64,000 nucleotides of DNA. Origin: the human T2T-CHM13v2.0 reference genome, Homo sapiens. Location: assembly GCA_009914755.4 (NCBI GenBank), contig CP086569.2, positions 8,000,001-8,064,000 of the forward strand. The letters are read 5' to 3'. Positions 43,995 through 58,900 of this stretch are shown here, one piece after another; within the stretch, counting starts at the first letter, position 1; each line of letters starts with the position of its first letter. The notes under the pieces are model-generated. The model did not search any database. It saw nothing but the letters and a program-made list of their open reading frames with translations, and had not been told where the DNA came from. A program made the position numbers and the translations under genes.

Positions 43995-46900
43995 TGAAAC
44001 TGGTATGTCACAATTTCTTAAGTGGGAAGGATCCAGACAGGAGAGTAGAGTCATATGTCACAATTTCTTAAATGGGCAGGATCCAGGGAGGAAACTAGAA
44101 TCATATAACCTAGATGCTATGTCTAGTGATTTGTAACAGTGTCAATTGCCAGCACGGAACTGGCAGGAGAGACATCTCACCTAGCCAGTAGACTCAGAGA
44201 TATGGGAAAATATACCCTGTTTGCAGGGCCCTGGCAGAAAGTTATCATCATTATCACATTATCGTGTGATAATGATATACCATCATTATACACCATCACA
44301 TTATGATGATTCTGACCCATAATGCCCTTAGGAAAAGGAATTCACTCCAAAAATTCTGAACACCAGGGTACTAGGCCAAGGGACATAACACAATCTCCTG
44401 ATCTTTAATGGTGATATCATTAGTGATCAGGTAGTTGTGTATAGGAGAGTCATAATCTCACATGTGTGCTGGCCATTATGTGACACTCTTTACAACACCT
44501 GAGAACTTTATAAAATATGGATAAGAGCTGCAAACCTCTCTGAGGCCTACATGCTTATATGGACTCATGATCTTGCATATTGCCCTAAACACAGAAATGA
44601 CAGTCAAAATTTCTCCCATAGGCTGGCCTCAGTGATGAGACAATTATCATGTCTGTGAGCTGGATCCAGAAATGAATCACCATGCCACATGTTGACAGAT
44701 TCACTTATGAAAGTCATAATTTCAACTTTGGGCTGTATTCATTTATCAGGACCTCAGCATTGGGCTTTGTAAATGTAGGATGGTAACAAATTTTACACTC
44801 ACCTGAGTGTGTAGTTGAGAGTCACAATCTTCACTTTTTGCTGGGCCCTGTTAAGAAACTCTCTGTACAGCCCAAGAGTTCTTGTGATATCAGTTAGTGT
44901 AGTAAAACTCTGTTAGATTTGTATGAATATGCAATGAAGGACCATCCATATTGACCTAAGCCTGGTGGTTAGAGTCAAAATATCTCCTACTGGCTGAATC
45001 CAAATATAAGCTTAAACATCATCACTTTGAACTGAAGCAATTTGTGGGCAAAAAACTAGGCAGAAGGTTAACATCACTTAGGGGCTAGGCCAAGCAATAT
45101 GTCACAATGCCTTTTCTAGGCAGGGCCTGGGAAAGAGGTGAAATTAACTGGGGGCTGGAGCCAGCAATGTGATACAACCACACAGGGAAGAAACACAATA
45201 AAGTGATGACAGCCAAAACACTTCTAGTATGGAAAAAAGATATGTCAAAGTAACATATGTGGTCCTGCAAAAGAGTCACATCATTAGCGTGCTGGGCCAA
45301 TCAATATGTTCCAATTCCCTCTTTATTCGTGACCTAGGGAGAAAAGTAACATCATCCAGGTACTGGGCCCCAAAATTCAGCAAAAATCCTGTTCATAGGC
45401 ATTGTTCAGCAAGAAGGCGGGAGTCACTTTACGTAAGTCCTGGGCTCATCAATATGTCACACTCTTCCCATTGTAAAGGCCCAGACAGAATAAGAGAGTC
45501 ACATCATGTTAGCCGTGGGCTCAGAGATATGGTTCAATGTCACCAGTCAGAAGGGCTCAGGCAGAAAAAGAGTCTTATCACCAATATGCTCTTTACATAT
45601 ATGTCACAATTTAATATGTGGGCAGAAACCAGGCTGAGGGGCCGCATCACCTGATCCTCAGTCCTGAGATATTCACAAGTCCCCTTAGAAAAAACCCCAG
45701 ACAAGAGACTTACATAACCTAGGTGCAGGTTCCACTCTTTTTGTCACAAAAATCCATGTGAGAAGGGCCAATCAGGAAGTCACCTCACCTAGGTAATAGG
45801 TTCAGAGATATGTCACAAAGCTTTCCTTAAAATATAGCCCTGGCAAAAAGAAGTTGCATCACCACTGTGCCTAGCCTGGCAATATGTCACAACTCAAGCG
45901 GGCAAGTCTCAAGAAGAACAAAATTATCTATATGATACACCCTGTGATGTGCCAAAATGCCCTCTTTTGGGTGTGACCCTGGCAAAAGAGTATCAACAAC
46001 TGTGTGTCTGGCCTTGGTATATGTCACTATTCTGCCCTGTGTGCAGGGCCCATTCTAGAGAGGAGAGTTTCTAAGTAATGGACACAGTGAAATGTCACTA
46101 TGATATCTGTGGATATGGCCCAGGCAAGAATGTAACATCACCTGTGTGCTGGATCCATTGATGTCACCATTATTACCGAGAGGAGGGCCCAGGTAGAAGA
46201 GTCACATCACTTCAAGGTTGGCCCATGTACTTATCAAAATCCCATAAGTAGGATCAAACCAATCTGAAGAGTGAAATCACACAGGTGCTTGACAAAGATT
46301 TATATCACAGTCAAAATGGAAGAAAATTATTGGGACTAGATCTACAATACAACACATATCGTGGTTTCATGTAGAACAGTTACCTTCATCCATGTGATAG
46401 TGAAACTCCTTACTGTCAGGTGGGTGTGCATGTCAGACTCACAATTTCCTCTGTGTGCTAGGCCCTACTATGACACTCTCTATACAACACAAGTTTGTTA
46501 TAAAATATATGTGAGCATTGTAATCTTCTGTGACCTTTTTATCAGAAGGAGATCCTGGATGGCACTCATGTTTCTAAACACAGCTATGAGTCAAAATTTC
46601 TCCTATTAGCTGGGTCCTCATATGAGAGTCATTTTCATGCCTGTTAGCTGTGCCTAGGTATATGTCATTATGTCACCATCCCCTCTGAAGTTATTAAACA
46701 GGTAGGATAGCCACATCACCTTAATATTTTCTTTGTAGGCAGGGACCTAACACAAAATCAGAACACTTGGGTGCTAGGCCCAACTGTATGGCATAATGCC
46801 TCTTATGGAGAGTGTCCATGCAGGAGAGAAGAATCATATTACCTCAATGATGGGCCCAGAAATATGTCACATGACTCATGTTGAAAGGGCCCAGGCAAGA

Positions 46901-48780
46901 GATTCATGTCTTTTGGATACAGTGCTTAAAATGCTACACTTCTCATTGGAAGTAGGGTTCAGGCAGTAGAGGAGACACATAACCTAGACAGTGCGTCTAG
47001 AGATATGTTATAATATTTTCTGCAAAAACTGTTAACACAGGAGAGTCAAATTAACGAGGTTCTTGGCACAGGTCTATGTCAAAATGTCATCTGTGGGCTA
47101 TAACTAGGCAGGATTATTAAATCACGCAGGAGCTGGGCAAAGGTACATGTTACAATAACACCTGTGGAAAGGTTCAGTGATGAGAGTCACCATCCTGCAC
47201 ATGTCCTGGATCCAGGTACAAGAGTCATTATTAGGCCTTTGTTGTGGTCTCAGGTATATGGCTCAATATCACCTGTGGGCAGGGAGAAGAAAGGAAAGTC
47301 ACATCGCTTGAATGGGTGTTGGTCTAGTGAAATGTCACCAGCCTCCTTGTGGGCAGGACCCTGGAAGAAGAGTCACATCATGTGGATTCTGGTAGCAGTG
47401 ATATATCTGAATCCACACTGTGGGTAGTGCTTAGGAAGGAGAGGAGACGAACTTCACATAGACTATTAGTCTTCATATGTGTAAAATGGCACCTATGTGC
47501 AGGACAAAGGCAGGAGAGTGACCTCATCTTGGTGCTGAGTTCAGCAATATGTCACAATGTCTCTGGTGGTCAGAGCCCAGACAAGAGAAAAGAAACATCA
47601 CCTAGGTGCTGAGCCAAGTGATATGTTACAATGCTTTCTATTGGCAGAACACTCCTCCCCCCAAAAAAAGAGTCACATCATCTGGGTACAGGACGCTGTA
47701 TTGTCACAATGCGCTATAAGGGCAGAAGCAAGGCAGTAGAAGAAAGTCACATCATTTTACACGATGGACCTAGATAAAAGCCACGATGCTCTTTTTAGGC
47801 AGGGTTCAGGCCAAGATTTTACATTAGCTGGTTGTTGGTACCAGTGATATGTAGAAGTGCCCTTTGTTGCATTGACAAAGAAGGTGCTATATAATGCTTA
47901 GGTGCTTGGTGCATGTATGTCACAGTTTGAACTGTGCTATGGGCCTAGAAAACAGGGTGAAAACCTTCAGAGGCAGGTCAAAGTCATACTTCTCAATCAT
48001 ACACTTGAAAATGTTCAGAAATAAGTTTGACAGTCCCACAAAAGTCCTGGCTTCAGGCATGTGAATGAACACCTCCTATAAGTTGGGTTCAAGTACTACA
48101 GGAGTCACTATCTCAACAATGGGTAAGATCCATATATAAGAGCCCCAATCCCACTTAAAGATTGTGGTCCAGTAGGAGAGTCAAAACACTGCAAGTCTGC
48201 TGAATCATAATTCAAAAGCCACCAAGCCACCTGTGGGTCATATTCATGTATGAATGTAACAATTTCAAGCTTCTACTGTGTACGTGTGTGAGATTTAGTA
48301 CCCTATTCCTAGGCTTTGCTCATGTATGAGAGTGACAATCGTGTCAGCTGTGTGTGGATCCAAGAGCCACAATAGCACCTAGGTGTCGGTGCCTGTTATG
48401 ACACTATTTGTGTCACTCAGGTTTTATATGATATGCCTGAGTAAGTAGCATACTTCCCTCTGAATTCTTACAGGTAGAACATCTAGAACTTTACCCATGG
48501 CCATAAGACTGGCTATGAGAGTTGATATATTTCCCCTGGTGGGGTCTAGGTATGAGACATATTATTGTGCATATGAGCTAAATCCAGGTTTATGTCACAA
48601 TCTCACTTTTGGATAGAAATATGACAGAAGAGTCACATCATCTGGGTAATGAGCCAGGGAAACATTTTAACCTCCTTTGTAGGCAGGAGCCATGCAGAAG
48701 AGTCATAGAGCATGGATAAAGTCTCCAACAATATGTCATCATGCCCACTGTATACAGGGCTGAGAAAAAAGCGGATACTC

Positions 48781-49113
48781 GGCTGGGCATGTGGCTCATG
48801 CCTGTAATCTCAGCACTTTGGGAGGCTAAGTTGATTTGATCACCTGAGTTCAGGAGTTCAAGACCAACCTGACCAAGATGGTGAAACACCGTCTGTACTA
48901 AAAATATATAAAAAAATAGCTGGGTGAGGTGGCAAGTGCCTGTAATCCTACCTACTTGGGAGGCAGAGGCAGGAGAATCGCTTGAAACTAGAAGGCGAGG
49001 TTGCAAAGAGCTGAGATTGTGCCCTTGCACTGCAGTGTGGGTGATAACAGCAAAACTCCATTTCAAGGGAAAAAAAAATATATATATATAGTGGATATAT
49101 ATATCGTGGATAG
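48781..49113 (+). mobile_element. Alu (AluS-like), plus orientation, with (TA)n-containing tail, in satellite
   Basis: ggctgggcatgtggctcatgcctgtaatctcagcactttgggaggctaag...gcaggagaatcgcttgaaactagaaggcgaggttgcaaagagctgagattgtgcccttgcactgcagtgtgggtgataacagcaaaactcc, then aaaaaaaaatatatatatatagtggatatatatatcgtgg. Confidence 0.9.
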
Positions 49114-52100
49114 TCACACGCTCTGGGTGCTGGGCTCAGCAATATGTTATAATTACCTCTTCCGGCAGAGTGCAGGACAAAAGAGAGTCACATCACCTAG
49201 GTTTTCCACTCAGTGGTATGTCACAATTTCATCACTGGACAGGATTCAGGCAGGAGAGGAGAGTCATATTACTTAGATGCTAGATCTAGCGATATGTCAC
49301 AGTGTCCCCTGTGGGTAGGGCACTGGCAGGAAAGACACATCATCTAGTTAATAGTCCAGAGATATGTGATAATATTCCCTGTTCCCTGAGTTCAAGTAGA
49401 AGAGTCACATTGTTATCATTCTGACTCAGTGATATTTCTCAATGCACCCATGGGAAAGAACTGAAATAACATAGTCTCAACACCGGGTTACTAGTTCTAG
49501 TGACGTGACACAATCACCTTATCTTTTAGGGTAGCACCTTTAATTGTTAGCTTGGTGTGTATATGTAAGAGTCACAATCTCACATGTGTTCTTCTTCAGC
49601 TTATAACACAGTCTAAAACATCTGAAGGCTTTATGCAACATGAATGTGAATTGCAAACCATTCTAAGGCCTATGTGCTCATATTGACCCAAAATCTTACA
49701 TATTGCCCTAAATTCAGTTATGATAGTTAACATCTCTCTTATAGGCTGGGTTCAGACAGGACACATCTTGTTATGTCTGTGACCTGGTTTCAGAAAATAA
49801 TCACTATGTGACATGTACCAAGATCCACAGATGAAAGTCACAATTCCATCTTTCTAATTTATTTATTTGCTAGACTAAGACCTTCAACAGTGGGCTTGTT
49901 AATGTGAGATAGTGACAACTTTTGCTCCCACCTGCATGTGTAATCAAGAGTCACAACCTTAACCTTGTGCTGGGCCCTGTTATGAAGGTCTGTGTACCAG
50001 CAAAGGAGTTTACAGTGTATGAGTTATTATTGTAAACATCTGTGAGCTTTGAACACTATGCAACTCATAACCTTATATATTGCATTAAGCTTACTGATGA
50101 GAGACAAAATACCTATGACAGGTGGAATCCCAATTTAAGTTTGATTATCATGCCTGTGAAATGAAGCAACATAAAATTTATAATCCCATTCACAGAAAAA
50201 TAAACTTGGCAGGAGTGTAGCATAATTTAGCTGCTGTGAATATGTCACAATGCTTTCTCTAGGCAGGGTCTAGTAATGAGGGTTACATTAACTGTGTGCT
50301 GGAACCAACAATATGACACAATGCTATATACATATATAAAACAACCCAGACAAATGTTGAGAGCAAAACCCCTAGAGATTTGCCGAAGGTATGTAAAAAT
50401 ACTTTCTGTTGCACTGGCACAGGCAGGAGAGTTATATCATCAGGGTGGGGGGCCCAGCAATATGCCATAATTCTCTCTTTATGCAGGACACAGGTAGAAG
50501 AGAAATGTCATCTGTGTACTGGGTCCTGCAATACATCCAACATCCTTTTCATGAGCATGGTTTGGGAAAAAAAAAGAAGAGTCACATTACCCAAGGATTG
50601 GGCTTAGCAATATGTCACATCATCCCATTGTAAAGACTCAGGCAGAAGAAAAGAGTCACATCACATAGGACACGGGCCCAGATATATGGCCCAGTGTCCC
50701 AAGAAGGCATTGGTCAGGCAGAATAGAAGAGTCATATCATGTAGGTGCTTCCCTAGGTATATGACACAATCTAATATGTGAGTTGAAGCCAGGCAGATGA
50801 GTCAAATCAGCTTGATGGTAGGTCTATAGATATGCTGCATGTCTCCTTAAGAAAAGACCCAGGTCAGAGAGCTACAACAAATACTTGCAGGTTCTGACCT
50901 TATGTCACAATGCTCCTTGTGGATAGGGCTCCAGCAGGGAGTCACATCACCTAGGTGATAGACCTAGAGACATATCACAGTGTCATCCTTGTGGCATGGT
51001 CCTTGTGAAAGAGCTCCATCTCCTGTTTGCCCGGCCTAGCAATATGTCACTATCAAGGTAAGCAGGATCCAAGGTGGACAGCAACATCACCTATGTGATA
51101 GGCCCAGAGATTTTTCACAGTGCCCTCTTCAGGACACAGCATTAGCAAAAGAGTACCATCACCTGTGTGTCTGGCCCAGCCATATGTCACTATCTTCCAC
51201 TGTGTACAAGGCTCATTCTAATGAACAGAGTTATATCACCTAAGTGGTTGAAACAGTGATATGTCACAATTATTCATTTGCATGTTGCTCAGTCAAAAAT
51301 GTAACATAATCTGGGTGCTGGATCTAGTGATATGTCACGATTCTTACGGAGAGAAAGGCCCAGGCAGGAGAGTCACATCACCTAGAGGCTGGCCCAGGTA
51401 GATATCATAATGATATATGTGGGCTGGAACCAGTCTGGGGAGTCAAATCACACAGGTGCTGGGCAAAGATTTATACCACAATCACACTGGCAGAAAATTC
51501 CTGAGTTGAGATTTACAATACTACACATGTTCTGTTTTCATGGGTGACAGTTGGCTTTATATATGTGAGAGGGTGACAGTCCTTACTTTCAGCTGGGTGT
51601 GCATATGAAACTCATAATTTCACCTTTCTGCTTGGTTCCATTATTACACTCTCTGTACAAACCAAGGGCTTTATAAAATATCTGAGGCTATAATAATCTT
51701 CTGTAGCCTCCTTTTCTATCAGAAAGAGATTTAATCACTGATGTTTCTAAAGCAAGTTAGGAAACTCAAAATTACTCCTATTTGTGGGATCTATATATGA
51801 TGGTCATTATTATTCCTGTGAGCTGTAACTAGTAAATTGTGTGTATCACAATTTACTCTGTGATAACGAAAGAGTTACAACAGCCAAGCCACTTAAATGC
51901 TGAGCCAGAAATGCCTATTGTTGTCAGTGTCCAGGCAGAAGAGGAGAGAATATTACCTCAATGATAGGACCAGATATGTTTCAAAATGTCTCCTGTTGAA
52001 AGGACTAGGCAAGAGAGTCATATGATTTGAATGGAGTGCTTATAAATGCTACAATCCCCAGTAGTACCAGAGTTCAGGCAGGAGAGGAAAGTCTGGGTAA

Positions 52101-53794
52101 CCTAGATAATGGATGCAGAGACATGTTACATCCTTCCTGAAGGTATTGTTAAGACATGAGAATCTAATCAGCAAGGTGCTCAGCATAGGTGAATGTCTAA
52201 ATATTATGTGTGGGCTACACCTCAAAAATTGATTAAATCACTGAGAAAGTTGGGTAAAGGTATATGTCACAAAAACACAGGTGGAAAGTTCCAGGAATGG
52301 GAATCACCATCATGCATATATCTTGACTCCAGGTTTAAGAGACATGATTAGTCCTCTTATCTTGTCTCAGGCATATGGCACAATATGACCTGTGGGCATA
52401 CAGAAAGCAGGAACGTCACATCCCCTGGGTGAGTGCTGGTCCAGTGAGATGTCACAATTCTTCTTGTGGGCAAGACCCTGAAAGAAGAGTCACATCACCT
52501 GGATGCTGGTTTTAGTGATACATCAAAACTCCCCCTGTGGGCAGGGCATAGGAAGGTGAGGAGACTCACTTCACCTAAGCAATGGGCCTAGATATATATC
52601 ACAATGGCCGTTATGTGCAGGAGCAAGGTATGAAAGTGACTTCCTCTTGCTTTATTTAGCAATATATCACAATCTCTCCTGTGTTCAGTGTGAGGCAAAA
52701 GAGGAGCAACATCACCTAGGTGCTGAGCCAAGTGACATGCTATAAAGCTTCCTATTGTCAGAACCACAAACTCAGAGTAGCATCACCTGGGTGCAGTACT
52801 GAGTTATGTGTCACAATGCACCATAAGTGGAGGGCCAAGGCAGAAGAAGGGAGTCACATCACTTACATGATGAACCTAGATACAATCCACAATGCTTTTT
52901 ATAGACAGGGATTAGGCAAAATTTCACATCACCTAGGTGCTGGTCCAAATGATATATAAAAGTGCTCTTTGTAGGCAGGTCCAGGCAAATTTTCTTAGGT
53001 GTATGGTCCACATATCTCACAATTTTATCTGTGGTCATTGCCTAAAAAGGAGAGTAAAGTTATTCAGGAGCTGGGTTAACTTTTATGTCCTAATCACACA
53101 CTAAGAAATATTCAGAAATACGTTTCAAAGTCCCAAACATGTCCTGGCTTCGTGTATTTCAGTCAACATATCTTGTGAGTTGGGTCAAATCAGAGGAGTC
53201 ACAATTACAGCAATGGGCAAGATCCACTTATAAGATGTCCAATCACACATGAAGATTGTGTTGCAGTAGGGGAGTCATAGCCTCATAGGTGAAAGTCCTT
53301 ACTGTCAGCTGAGTGTGATATGAGACTCACAATTTTACCTTTCCTCTAGGTTCTGTTATGCCACTCCATACAAGGCAAGGGCTTTGTAAAGTATCTGAGG
53401 CTATTATAATCTTACGAGACCTTTTTACCAGAAAGAGATCAAAGACATTACTCTTGTTTCTAAAGCAAGTTACAAGAATCAAAATTACTCCTATTTGTGG
53501 GGTCCACATATGATACTCATTATCAGGTCTGTGAGTTGTGCCTAGGTATATGTCAAAATTTACTCTGTGGTAATGAAAAAGGCCCGACAGCTACATAACC
53601 TAAATGCAGAGGCAGGAATTGTTCCAATAGTTTCCTCATAGGCAAGCTCCTGACAGAAAAGCCCTATAACTTTGGAGCTATGCCCAACTGTATGGCACAA
53701 TGTCCTTTGTGGGCAGTGTCCAGGCTGAAGAGGAGAATCATATAATGTAAATGACAGGCCCCAAGTACGTCACAATGCCTCCTGTTGAAAGGGC

Positions 53795-55330
53795 GAGGCA
53801 TGTATGTTTTCTAATTATAGTCATTTTAACTGGAGTGGCTTGGTATCTTATTGTGGCTTTGATTTGCAGTTTTCTATGAATAAATAATGATGAGCATCTT
53901 TGCATGAACTTGGTCACTTTTGTCTTCTTTGGAGAAATGTCATTTAAGCTCTCTTGCCTATTATTAAATTTTGTGTTATTTTTGCTGTTAAGTTTGTTGT
54001 ATATTCTGTATCTTTTCCCTGTGTCATATGTATATTTTGCAAATTATTATTCTATGCTGAAAATTGTCCCTTTACTCTGCTATTTTTGCTATGTAAATAT
54101 TGTTTAGATTCTGGTGATTTCACTTGTCTGCTTTTGCTTTTGTTGCCTGTGCTTTTGAGGTCCGATTTAAAATATTTTTCCCTCTCCTATTTGGTAAATA
54201 ATTTCTCCATGTTTTATTCAAATACTTTTATAGGTGTCAGTTTTATATTTAAATCTTTTTTATTTTTATGTAAGTTCTTTTATGGTAACAGGTAGGCACC
54301 TAGTTGTTTTCATTTAATCAATTTTCCTTGACACTGTTCATTGAAACTACTGTCTTGCCTTAAATGCATACACTAAACAACTTAAAAATTACTTGGCAAT
54401 AGGTTTATTAACTGATTATTGTGATCACTGCATACTTTGGTCTATATGTCTGTTTTCCATGCCAATATCATTCTTTCTTGTTATTAGTTTTGTCATATAT
54501 TTTGAAGTCAGTTAGTCTGATGCTTTCAGCTTTATTTTTTTCACAAAATTTCTTTGGCTATTTGGGAAGTTATTTTGTTCCTTATAAATTTTAGGCCTGC
54601 TTTTTCCATTTCTGTGAAAAAAAAAAAGTCATTGGTGTTTTTGTAGGCTTTGCACTGCATCTGTAGATTGCTTTGAGTAGCATAGCCACTTTAATAATAT
54701 TTTTTATAACTCATGAGCAAAAAAATTGCTAAAATTTTTCATTTTTTTAGTTTCTTCATCAGTGTTGTATAATTTATAGTGTAGAGGGCGGTTTATCTTT
54801 TTAATTAAGTTTATGGCTAGCCACCTTTATCTTTTATTTTAGGTGCACTAAAATATTTGGAAAATTTTAACATGCCTTTGTGATTAAAACAACTGAATAA
54901 ATTAGGTGTAGATAGTATTTACCTCAAAACAATTAAGGTAACATATGAAAAATCAAGACCTGATATCACACTGAACAGAGAAAGAAGAAATCTTTTTATT
55001 TAAGATCTAGAACAAGACGATGATGTCTACTTTTACCACTTTTATTGAACAGAGTACTGGAAATCTCAGCCAGATCACTTATGCAAGAGAAAGAAATAAA
55101 ATACATCCAAATAAAAAAGAGAAAATTTAATTATCTCTGCAGATTACATAATTGTTTATATAGGAAAGTTTAAATACTACACTAAAAAGCTTGAAAACAA
55201 AGAAATTTAATAAAGTGGCAGACTACCAAATTAAACTACAATAATTAGTAGTAGCATTTTTACATGCCAAGAATAAGCCATTTGGAAAATAAATTCAAGA
55301 AAAAAAATCATTCTCAACAGCTGTAAAATT
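53795..55330 (-). mobile_element. Ancient L1 (L1M/L1PB-like) ORF2 3' portion, minus orientation, abutting the right edge of the satellite with no 3'UTR or poly-A
   Basis: Reverse complement of 53850-53990 translates to FSKED...IIYS*KTANQSHNKIPSHSS, i.e. L1 ORF2 FSKEDIQMANKHMK...[20 protein letters not shown]. Further ORF2-antisense-like sequence (RIYKELL region) extends to ~55330. Confidence 0.7.
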
Positions 55331-55499
55331 AAAAGTCTTACTTCATTTTATGTTCATTGTTGTAATGAACCTTACCCCAACATTTTTTATCATTTAGATG
55401 TTCAGTGTTCTTCAAGCCATTTGTTAGTCAGACTGTGCCTTTCTCATTCTGAGTGACATAGACAGAAAATAGCCAAGGAAACTTTTAACATTGTGAGTG

Positions 55500-55970
55500 A
55501 TAGAGGAGAATGTCAAGGGTCCTGGGCAAAACTCTGCCATCTAAAACAGCTGGAAGCCTGAAAAACTTAAACTGTGGATTTTGGATGAAGCTGGCCATTT
55601 TCTGACTCTTTCTCTTTAAGTAATACCCACCTGTGCACTGGGAAAAGAAGGTGGAGCCATGGAAATTCACATTTTTTGAAAGGGGAGAAGCCTGGATTAT
55701 TCGGTTGCTATGTGGACACCTGGTGTTCACCAATCTGTGTGGTGGGGGCCCGTTAACAGGATAACCTCTCATTTTGCTGACAGTTTTGTTTGTTTGTTTG
55801 TTTGTTTCTGTTTCCATTTTGCCCAAAATCTTTTCTCCTCATGCTTCAGTGTGTCCATTATCTTATACCTTCCTGGTCATGTGACAAGTTCATAGTTTTA
55901 GCTGAAATAAGGAAAAAGTTCTACAGTTCAGTGTCTACATGTGAGGCTTGAGGAAATGTAAGATGTAAAT
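55500..55970 (+). mobile_element. LTR-like interspersed repeat, copy A (family not identified)
   Basis: Homologous at ~70-75% to 60130-60590 over ~460 bp. Shared blocks aaacagctggaagcctgaaaaact, cacctgtgcactgggaaaagaaggtggagccatggaaa, ctggtgttcaccaatctg and cctggtcatgtgacaagttcatagttttagctgaaataaggaaaaagtt match ...cctgcatactgggggaagagagtggagccacggaaa...ctggtgttcagcaatctg...cctagtcatgtgacaagaacccaattttactgaagtaaggagaaagtt. Confidence 0.45.
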
Positions 55971-58900
55971 CAATTTTTTTTTCTCTTTTACTTGTAAGCC
56001 TTTTCATCCTTGGACTTCTCCCGAGGGTAGAGGAAACCATGCACCACCCCACCATAACAGCCCAAAGTACATGCGAGATGACAGGTGAATGTCGGCTTTT
56101 AACCCCCATCTCTTCTGGGATGTAAAGTGCCAGAAATTTACGATGTCTTCCCCTTCAATGCCCAAGAGATCCAGCCTCATCCAACAGCAATTAAGTTTTT
56201 CACTGGGTTGAAGGAACCCTATTACATAAGAATAAAAATTTTCTTCCCTGCCCTACATTTTAGACTTTTTTTTTCACCCTGTCAGCAGTTTATTTTTAAG
56301 AAAAAGGCCTTTTTTCTTCTTAGAAGAGGTTTTGCTGGGCTAGGACCCCAGTGATCACTGCTTATATTCTTTGTAGAGTATTAATTTGAAAGGGTATTTG
56401 TGATATTGGTCTTGAGCTGCGGCCAATCTGGTGTGCTTTGTATGTCATTCTCTATGTTTGCTATGAAATTTTACTGTAGGCCTCCATCTTGTTGTATGTT
56501 TTTAGGACTGTGACCTGTAATCACATGGTGATGTTTCGTTTTGGACTCTGCCATTTTACAATGGTGGCTCAGGTTTAATCTTGGCTTAGGAAGTGAGTGC
56601 CTTCTGGTTTCATATCAGCATGTGACTTTTGCCATTTTCAGATTCTCTTTTCCTTCACAAATTGCCTTATATTGTTTTTTTCTGACCACCTGGTAAATTA
56701 TCTTTAGTAAAGTTGGAAAGCCAGAAATACTGGCTGCTTGGGGCTGGTAGAGTCAGGTAAAAAAAATAATAAAATAATTTTCTTAAAGTGTGCTCAACTT
56801 AATTAAAAGTGGATATCCAAATTATAGGCATATTTAAAAGGCCTGTATGTTTTTCTCTTCTGGGATCTTGTTTTGCTGGTAAAAGGTTTTTTCTCCACCA
56901 ACTGAATTATTTTTCTTTATTATGTCTTGCCATTGTAGTGCATGCATGTCAGAGCAGTAATTTAATCAGAAAATTGGCAAACAAAAAATCTTATGGCTAC
57001 TGGGTTTTCTTCTGCCTGTATATGTATATATATATGTGTGTTGTGTCTGTGATGTCTATAAAAAGAGCTCTAATAAATTTAATTGAAAAATAAATACAGC
57101 CTTAAAAGTGATCGGTAAAACACAAATGTCATCAATATATGAGTAGGTGGACTAAATTATTCAGGTCAGATACTAGGTTTGCTAAATGTTTCAAAATTAT
57201 AAACTGCTTTTTTTTGAGAACAGTTTAACCTTGCTTCACAATTGGTAAGGCCTGAGGACAAGTGGAATTAACAACATCCTTAATTATGTTGAAAAAAGTG
57301 AAACTCTTGGCTACACCTAGCACTTACTTAATAAAATTTACCTGGTTTTATACTAAAGTTAAAATTGTTAGAAATTACCATTACAATATGTAATTGAAAC
57401 CACTGGAAGTAGATTTACATATGAGGTGTGTAAGAGCAGTAAAATGTGTTTTTAAGAAAAGACTAAAAGTCATGGAAATATAAATTCTTGCCTAGGGTCA
57501 AGCAATTGTTTTGAATTACATAAGATAAAGCAAAAAGTTCAAACAAGTTGTAGAAGTCTTGTAAAAATAAATGTTGACAGAGGAATTCTCTGTGTGAATG
57601 TTAATTAAATTCAAAAAGGTATTATATGGGTTTTTTGTAAATTGAGCCTTAAAATAAAAGCACACAAGTTACTTTTAAGGCATGTGTCTATTCTTTAGCA
57701 AAATTTGTAAAGAATTTATAAAAGCTTTTTGCTTTTTAAATTTGTAAGTCATCATTTTGGTTAAATAAGTAATTTATGGTAATCTGGAATTTTATTTTAT
57801 AACATCTAGTGTTTTAAACCCCTAACATGTAACATCCTTCTCAAAATCAAACTTTAGTTACAAAATTGTTTTTCCCACCTTGTGGCTTTTGGATGCTAAA
57901 GGGAGCCCCTAGAGTATCCACAAGAGAGGTAAACAGGATTATATGGCATGTTTAGTTACATAGAATTGCCAAAATGGTGTTCAATATTCTGTAGATGATA
58001 TTTTGATGAATAATACTTATACATGTTCAAAAATTGTATGGGATTTCAAAAATTCTAATGTCTGAAGTATATGCTATCAATCAAAGTGAAGATTGTTTAA
58101 GATATTGTAAACCACAGAATAAACTGAAATTTTTTGTCAATCTTATTTCTGACTGTAACTACCCTGGGCAATTTGTTATACACAGACAATTGTTGTCTGT
58201 TTTGATTTTTTTTATAAAGTGGTTTTTAATCAGCTACAGATCTTTGACAGGTCCTCTCAATTGCAGGTTTCTAATCACTTTGGAGCTTGTGACATTGGAA
58301 TATAAGAAAAAAGTACAGCATAATGAAGAGCTAAAATGTTCATGAATATCAAACAAAACAAGAGTTAACTGAAAGGGGTGGACTAATAGAAAACTGAAGT
58401 ATTTTTTCTGACTTTTGATTGTAACATTACTGCTTCTTCTATTGTTTACCAGAGTCAAGGCAACTTATTTTGAGCTATTTACAGCCTTTAACATTTGAGT
58501 AAGGTGTACTCCTGTGAACAAAATATAGAATATGTTTGCCTCTCTCTGCCTGGCTTCTCCAGAATTTGAAAAGTAGTTCTGAGTCTTCTAAACTTATGGC
58601 AATATAACTGCTTGCATCAGAGCAATAATAATCCATTTTCTTTTCCAACAGGGCACACCTGCAGAAACTGGTTGTTTTACCAAGGACTTGATTGAAAGGG
58701 TTTGCTTCCCTTTAAGGAGTCAAGCTCAACTTGCAGAGCCAATAAAAGCCCCTTGGAAAAACAGGACTCATACCTCATCTATACAGTCATAGTGCAGGTT
58801 TATCTGTGGAAAGTAAAGAATGACACTTTCTGACAGCCCCAGGGACTCCAACTTTATCTTGGGACCATAAGAGGAGAGAATCACCCAACTCATAAGTATT

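Larger units (their letters stand above)
28655..53790 (+). repeat. Beta-satellite-like tandem array (plus), continuing past the NUMT: ~70-78 bp monomers in higher-order units
   Basis: Same monomer family throughout. Marker motif (gtgctgaat..ttcaa..ccacctgtg / tgtatgagagtaattatttcaac) recurs at ~32965, ~36500, ~41185, ~48205, giving irregular unit lengths of ~3.5, 4.7 and 6.7 kb. Interrupted by Alu 41517-41808, an L1 fragment 43695-43994 and Alu 48781-49113. Confidence 0.8.

Noticed and set aside
48638-49117. 159-aa minus-strand ORF
   Set aside because: It is the antisense translation of the Alu at 48781-49113 (LQPRLLVSSDSPASASQVGRITGTCH is a typical Alu-antisense peptide).
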